From Planctomycetota bacterium (GTDB lineage Bacteria > Planctomycetota > SZUA-567 > H5-PLA8), in contig JBBRPR010000007.1 in NCBI GenBank assembly GCA_038227875.1, positions 64,001 through 128,000 on the forward strand: 64,000 nt of DNA. The letters run 5' to 3'. The notes under the pieces were generated by a model. It saw nothing but the letters and a program-made list of their open reading frames with translations, was not told the DNA's origin and did no database searches. The translations under genes were made by a program, and so were the position numbers. Shown piece after piece: positions 60,093-64,000 of the stretch; within the stretch, counting starts at the first letter, position 1; the number at the start of each line of letters is the position of its first letter.

Positions 60093-61586
60093 ATGAAATT
60101 GAGCGTGCTCATACCCGTTTATAATGAGCGTTACCTCGTCGGCGAGCTCATCCGGCGCGTTCTCGCTGCGCCTCTACCCGACGACATGGAGCGCGAACTG
60201 ATCGTCGTCGACGACGGTTCCACCGACGGCACCCGCGATGTCCTCGAGCGCCTCGCCCGCGAAAACCCATCGACGATCCGCTACCTCCCGCAGGCCAAAA
60301 ATGGCGGCAAAGGCGCCGCCATCCGCGTCGCCATCGCCGCGGCGACCGGCGAATTCTCGATCTTTCAGGACGCCGACCTCGAATACAATCCCAACGACTA
60401 CACCGCCATGCTCAAGCCCCTGCTCACCGGACATGCCGACGTGGTCTTCGGTTCCCGCTTCCTCTCCGCCGAACGCCGGCGCGTGCTCTACTTCTGGCAC
60501 AGTCTGGGCAATTGGGGGCTGACGACGCTCTCCAATATGCTCACCGACCTGAATCTGACCGACATGGAAACCTGCTACAAGGTTTTCCGCACCCCGATTC
60601 TCAAGTCGATCCCAATCCGCAGCCGCGGGTTCGGCATCGAACCGGAGATCACGGCCAAGATCGCCAAGCGCGGCCTGCGCGTCTACGAAGTCCCCATCAG
60701 CTACGACGGCCGCACGTACCTCGAAGGCAAGAAGATCACTTGGCGCGACGGTTACCGCGCGCTGGCGGTGATGCTCAAATACTGGCTGATCGATGACCTC
60801 TACGAAGAGAAATCCGGCCACTCGATTCTCGCCAGCATCAGCAAGGCGCAGCGCTTCAACAAGTGGATGGCCGACACGGCCGTGCGCCCGCACCTCGGCC
60901 ACCGCGTGTTGGAGATCGGCGCGGGGATCGGCAACATGACGCTCCAGTTGCTCCCGCGCGAACGCTACGTCGCCAGCGACTACGACGAGCTCCATCTGGA
61001 AGTGCTTGAAGGCCTGACCCAGCACGCCACGTACTTGAAAGTCTGCCGCATCGACGCGCAGAATCCGGAGCACTTCAAGTCGTACACGAACCAGATCGAC
61101 TCCATCGTCTGCCTGAACGTGCTGGAGCACATCCCTGACTCCCGCGCCGCGCTGAAGAACATGTTCGATACGCTGGAGCCCGGCGGCAAAGTCATCATCC
61201 TGGTGCCGCAGGGAAAATGGCTCTTTTCGAAACTCGACCAGGCGCTGGACCACGTGAAGCGCTACTCGGCCGAAGACCTGCGCGAGGCGCTGACCACCGC
61301 CGGCTTCGACGTGGAGAACCTCTTTAATTTCAACCGGATCGGCGTGCTGGGCTGGGCGCTGAACGGCAAACTGCTTGGCCGCACCCGGATGGCCAAGTAC
61401 CAGCTCAAGATGTTCGACTCCCTGGTCTGGCTGTGGCGGCGCATCGACTTCATGCTTCCCTGGCACGGCCTCTCGATCGTGGGCGTGGGCCGCAAGCCGC
61501 TGAACGCCGGGGGCGCGCTTCCGCGCAACGAATCTGCCCCGATGGCGGCCGAAATTCCGGCCACGCCCGTCGCGGCACGCACCTGA
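60093..61586 (+). CDS. GT2 (DPM-synthase-like) glycosyltransferase fused to class I SAM methyltransferase
   Basis: IPVYNE, VDDGSTDGT, GKGAA, QDADLEY, DMETCYK; VLEIGAGIG, NVLEHI. Confidence 0.9.
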   Translation: MKLSVLIPVYNERYLVGELIRRVLAAPLPDDMERELIVVDDGSTDGTRDVLERLARENPSTIRYLPQAKNGGKGAAIRVAIAAATGEFSIFQDADLEYNPNDYTAMLKPLLTGHADVVFGSRFLSAERRRVLYFWHSLGNWGLTTLSNMLTDLNLTDMETCYKVFRTPILKSIPIRSRGFGIEPEITAKIAKRGLRVYEVPISYDGRTYLEGKKITWRDGYRALAVMLKYWLIDDLYEEKSGHSILASISKAQRFNKWMADTAVRPHLGHRVLEIGAGIGNMTLQLLPRERYVASDYDELHLEVLEGLTQHATYLKVCRIDAQNPEHFKSYTNQIDSIVCLNVLEHIPDSRAALKNMFDTLEPGGKVIILVPQGKWLFSKLDQALDHVKRYSAEDLREALTTAGFDVENLFNFNRIGVLGWALNGKLLGRTRMAKYQLKMFDSLVWLWRRIDFMLPWHGLSIVGVGRKPLNAGGALPRNESAPMAAEIPATPVAART

Positions 61587-61590
61587 CGCG

Positions 61591-63231
61591 ATGAATACCG
61601 CCGCGCTGCGCAATCACCTGTTGCTGGCTTTTGTGCTCCTCTACTTCGCCAGCGTCTTCCGCGGCGTACTCTTCAGCACCGATGGAGTTTTCGAACGTGA
61701 TGGTTTCTACCATGCCCGCTACGCCCAGATGCTAACCGAGCGCGGCCTGTCACGGCAGTTTCCGTGGATGCAATTCACCGACTGGAAGGAGAACTTCGCC
61801 GACAAGGATTTCCTCTACCATCTGATCCTCGCCCCCTTTTGCCGCGATGCCGCCGAACCGCTCCCCGGAGCCAAATGGGCAACGCTGCTGCTGGGCATGG
61901 CGGCCTACCTGGCGTTCTACATCGCGCTCGTCCGCCTTAATGTACGCTGGCCGATTTTCTGGACCGTCCTCCTGATCGTCGGCAGCGGCATCTTCCTCAA
62001 CCGTATGCTCATGGTCCGCTCTCATGTCTTCTCGGTGCTGCTGATGATCCTGTCCTCATGGGCCATTATTCGAGACAAGGTCTGGCTCTGCCTGGTGCTG
62101 GGCTTTGTCTACGCCTGGTCGTACAGCTTTCCGCTGGCCATGGTGATCACCGCCATCGCCGCCTGTGCCGGGCGCTTCGCGCTCGGCGAGCGTACGCTCC
62201 GAACCTGGCAGACCGCCGCCGCGGCAACTGGCGGTGTCGCGCTGGGGCTGGTCATTCATCCGTATTCGCCCAACACGCTGACGCTGGTCTGGACGCTGGT
62301 AAAGATCGCCACTTCCCGCGCGGCTGGCATTCCGCTGGAATTGGGCTCCGAATTCCGTCCGATGTTATCCAGCAACGCGTTCTCCTCGGGACACGCGCTC
62401 GTTGCGGGACTGTTCTCGATGCTGATCGAAATTCCCGGACCGCTGCTGGCCTTGAGCGCCGCCGTCATGCTCGCCATCTTCTTGAAAGCCGGCCGGCTGA
62501 AGGACCGCCGGCTTTCCAGCGAAAGCGCGGCCGCTCTGGGCGCGGCGCTGGCCTGGTTCGCGGCGATTTTCGTCTTCTCGCGCCTGGTCGAATACCTCGC
62601 CCCGCTGGCGACGCTGGCCGCGGCGCTCGTCTGCCGCGATGCCCTCGCCCCGGAAAACGAATTGCCGCCGCGTACGCAGTTGACGCGCTACCTGGCTACC
62701 GCGCTGGCCAGCTTGATGGTGTTAAGCGGCTTGTACTTCCTGGCGCTTCAGGAAGTCTCCGAACTCGGCTACTCCACCTTGCCGCACGGCGTGGCGCAGA
62801 TGTACATCAACGAAGCGCAGTGGAAATCCGGCCGGTTCTTCAGCGATGCCAAGACCGGCGGCGCCGCCGAATGGATGCATGCGCATCTGCCCGCCGACTC
62901 CACGGTGCTGAATTTCCATTGGGACGACTTTACGGAGCTCTATTACGACGCGCCGCAGTTCCACTACATCGTGGGCCTCGATCCCACGCTGATGCGCGTC
63001 CCCTATCCCGAACAGTCCGCCACGCTGGAAGCGATGCGCACGCAGCAGATCCCGCTGGACTTCGCCAAGCTCCATCAGCTCTTCGGCGCCGACTACATGA
63101 TCATGCGCAGCACCCGCGCCGCGACGTTCCCCGATCTGAAAAACGGCGTACTCCGCCCGGTCTACGCCGACGACGGAGCCGTGATCTACAAACTGCAGGG
63201 GCCGGAGGTCAGGGGTCAGGGGTCAGAATAG
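61591..63231 (+). CDS. GT-C-like polytopic membrane protein
   Basis: ERDGFYH loop after TM1, more than 10 TM segments, periplasmic C-terminal domain; follows the GT2 gene. Confidence 0.7.
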   Translation: MNTAALRNHLLLAFVLLYFASVFRGVLFSTDGVFERDGFYHARYAQMLTERGLSRQFPWMQFTDWKENFADKDFLYHLILAPFCRDAAEPLPGAKWATLLLGMAAYLAFYIALVRLNVRWPIFWTVLLIVGSGIFLNRMLMVRSHVFSVLLMILSSWAIIRDKVWLCLVLGFVYAWSYSFPLAMVITAIAACAGRFALGERTLRTWQTAAAATGGVALGLVIHPYSPNTLTLVWTLVKIATSRAAGIPLELGSEFRPMLSSNAFSSGHALVAGLFSMLIEIPGPLLALSAAVMLAIFLKAGRLKDRRLSSESAAALGAALAWFAAIFVFSRLVEYLAPLATLAAALVCRDALAPENELPPRTQLTRYLATALASLMVLSGLYFLALQEVSELGYSTLPHGVAQMYINEAQWKSGRFFSDAKTGGAAEWMHAHLPADSTVLNFHWDDFTELYYDAPQFHYIVGLDPTLMRVPYPEQSATLEAMRTQQIPLDFAKLHQLFGADYMIMRSTRAATFPDLKNGVLRPVYADDGAVIYKLQGPEVRGQGSE

Positions 63232-63344
63232 ACGTAGTTAGTTGAAGCAGGCCAAGGTAATCAGGCCGGAGGCAGTCCCCGCCAACACAGAACTCTATCG
63301 CACTCGATTTCTAATGATGTACTGCTTACTGCCAATTCGCCGTT

Positions 63345-64000
63345 TCAGATCCGCATCTTGAAATTATCCGCGTCATCATCTTTTTCTGCAGGCGGAGCGG
63401 CATCATTCGGGTCTTCTTCCGGGGCGTCTTTGATATGCAGAACCTTGCCATCCGCGCCGAGCAGCACGTCTTTGTTGCCAACACCCACGAGGAACAATTG
63501 CACGGTCGGCAGCTGGCTTTCGTCGGCCACTTTCTGAAAGTAGACGATATCTCCATCCTTCACCGCGTCGCGTGCAGCGGCGACGATCTCTTTGGGCGCA
63601 TCAGTCAGCGCGATTGTTTCGTAGACGTACTGAATCTTTCCATCGTCGTTGATCAGCGCTTCAAAGTGCTTCCCGCCGGACATGAAGAGCACGCTCACCG
63701 ACCAGTTGGCGCCTTCGTCGATGTCCGCATCGTCGTCCTTGTCGACGGCGACTTCCGCCGCGCGCTGGCCGATCTTGCCAGCAGGATCCATCTTGTCGTT
63801 ATCGTCATCGTCGTCATCATCGCCATCCGGCACCATCTTGCCGCCGCCGGCTTTCGCCTTGGGCTCCGCGGGCGTGGCGTCGTCGTCCTCGTCGCTCATG
63901 TCGACGGCGTCGATTTCCTTGGCGTCCGGCCAACGGCGCAGCACCGCCAACTTGGCTTTTTCTTCAGGAGTGGGCTGGAGATCGGCGTTGTTGTCGATGT
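63345..64000 (-). CDS. Acidic PepSY-like repeat protein, start outside the window
   Basis: Frame open to the window edge; IALTDAPKEIVAA..VLLGADGKVL and ALINDDGKI. Confidence 0.6.
   Translation of the reverse strand, partial: IDNNADLQPTPEEKAKLAVLRRWPDAKEIDAVDMSDEDDDATPAEPKAKAGGGKMVPDGDDDDDDDNDKMDPAGKIGQRAAEVAVDKDDDADIDEGANWSVSVLFMSGGKHFEALINDDGKIQYVYETIALTDAPKEIVAAARDAVKDGDIVYFQKVADESQLPTVQLFLVGVGNKDVLLGADGKVLHIKDAPEEDPNDAAPPAEKDDDADNFKMRI

Overview
GC-rich bacterial chromosomal segment, probably from an uncultured Planctomycetota-like organism. That placement is inferred from gene content: FHA Ser/Thr kinase, DUF4388, FGE-sulfatase, PQQ/kelch propeller proteins and 'FSL..LL' membrane ORFs. 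Bases 1-9499 are the right part of a compact integrated phage or phage-satellite-like element next to tRNA-Thr(UGU). It carries a frameshifted tyrosine integrase, RHH/Xis/XRE regulators, three TPR-like ORFs, a split primase and helicase with iterons, an orphan Phd antitoxin, and a portal gene that is missing from the ORF track. The rest is mostly housekeeping: P1B-4 ATPase, cobA-hemD, purF, purM, tatD, yraN, aroB, moaB, proC and feoAAB, plus glycosyltransferases and large secreted proteins. Notable non-coding structure: (i) three pairs of matched heptamer-based inverted repeats that each bracket a 3.6-4.4 kb block of 2-3 genes; (ii) a candidate FHA-kinase / FHA-enhancer-binding protein / sigma54 / lipoprotein circuit with visible enhancer palindromes; (iii) an FGE-domain gene whose variable loop looks like a DGR target, next to an internally deleted paralogue; (iv) REP/REPIN palindromes, a Fur box and a duplicated AT-rich promoter-like module. 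All family assignments come from reading motifs by eye; no searches were run.
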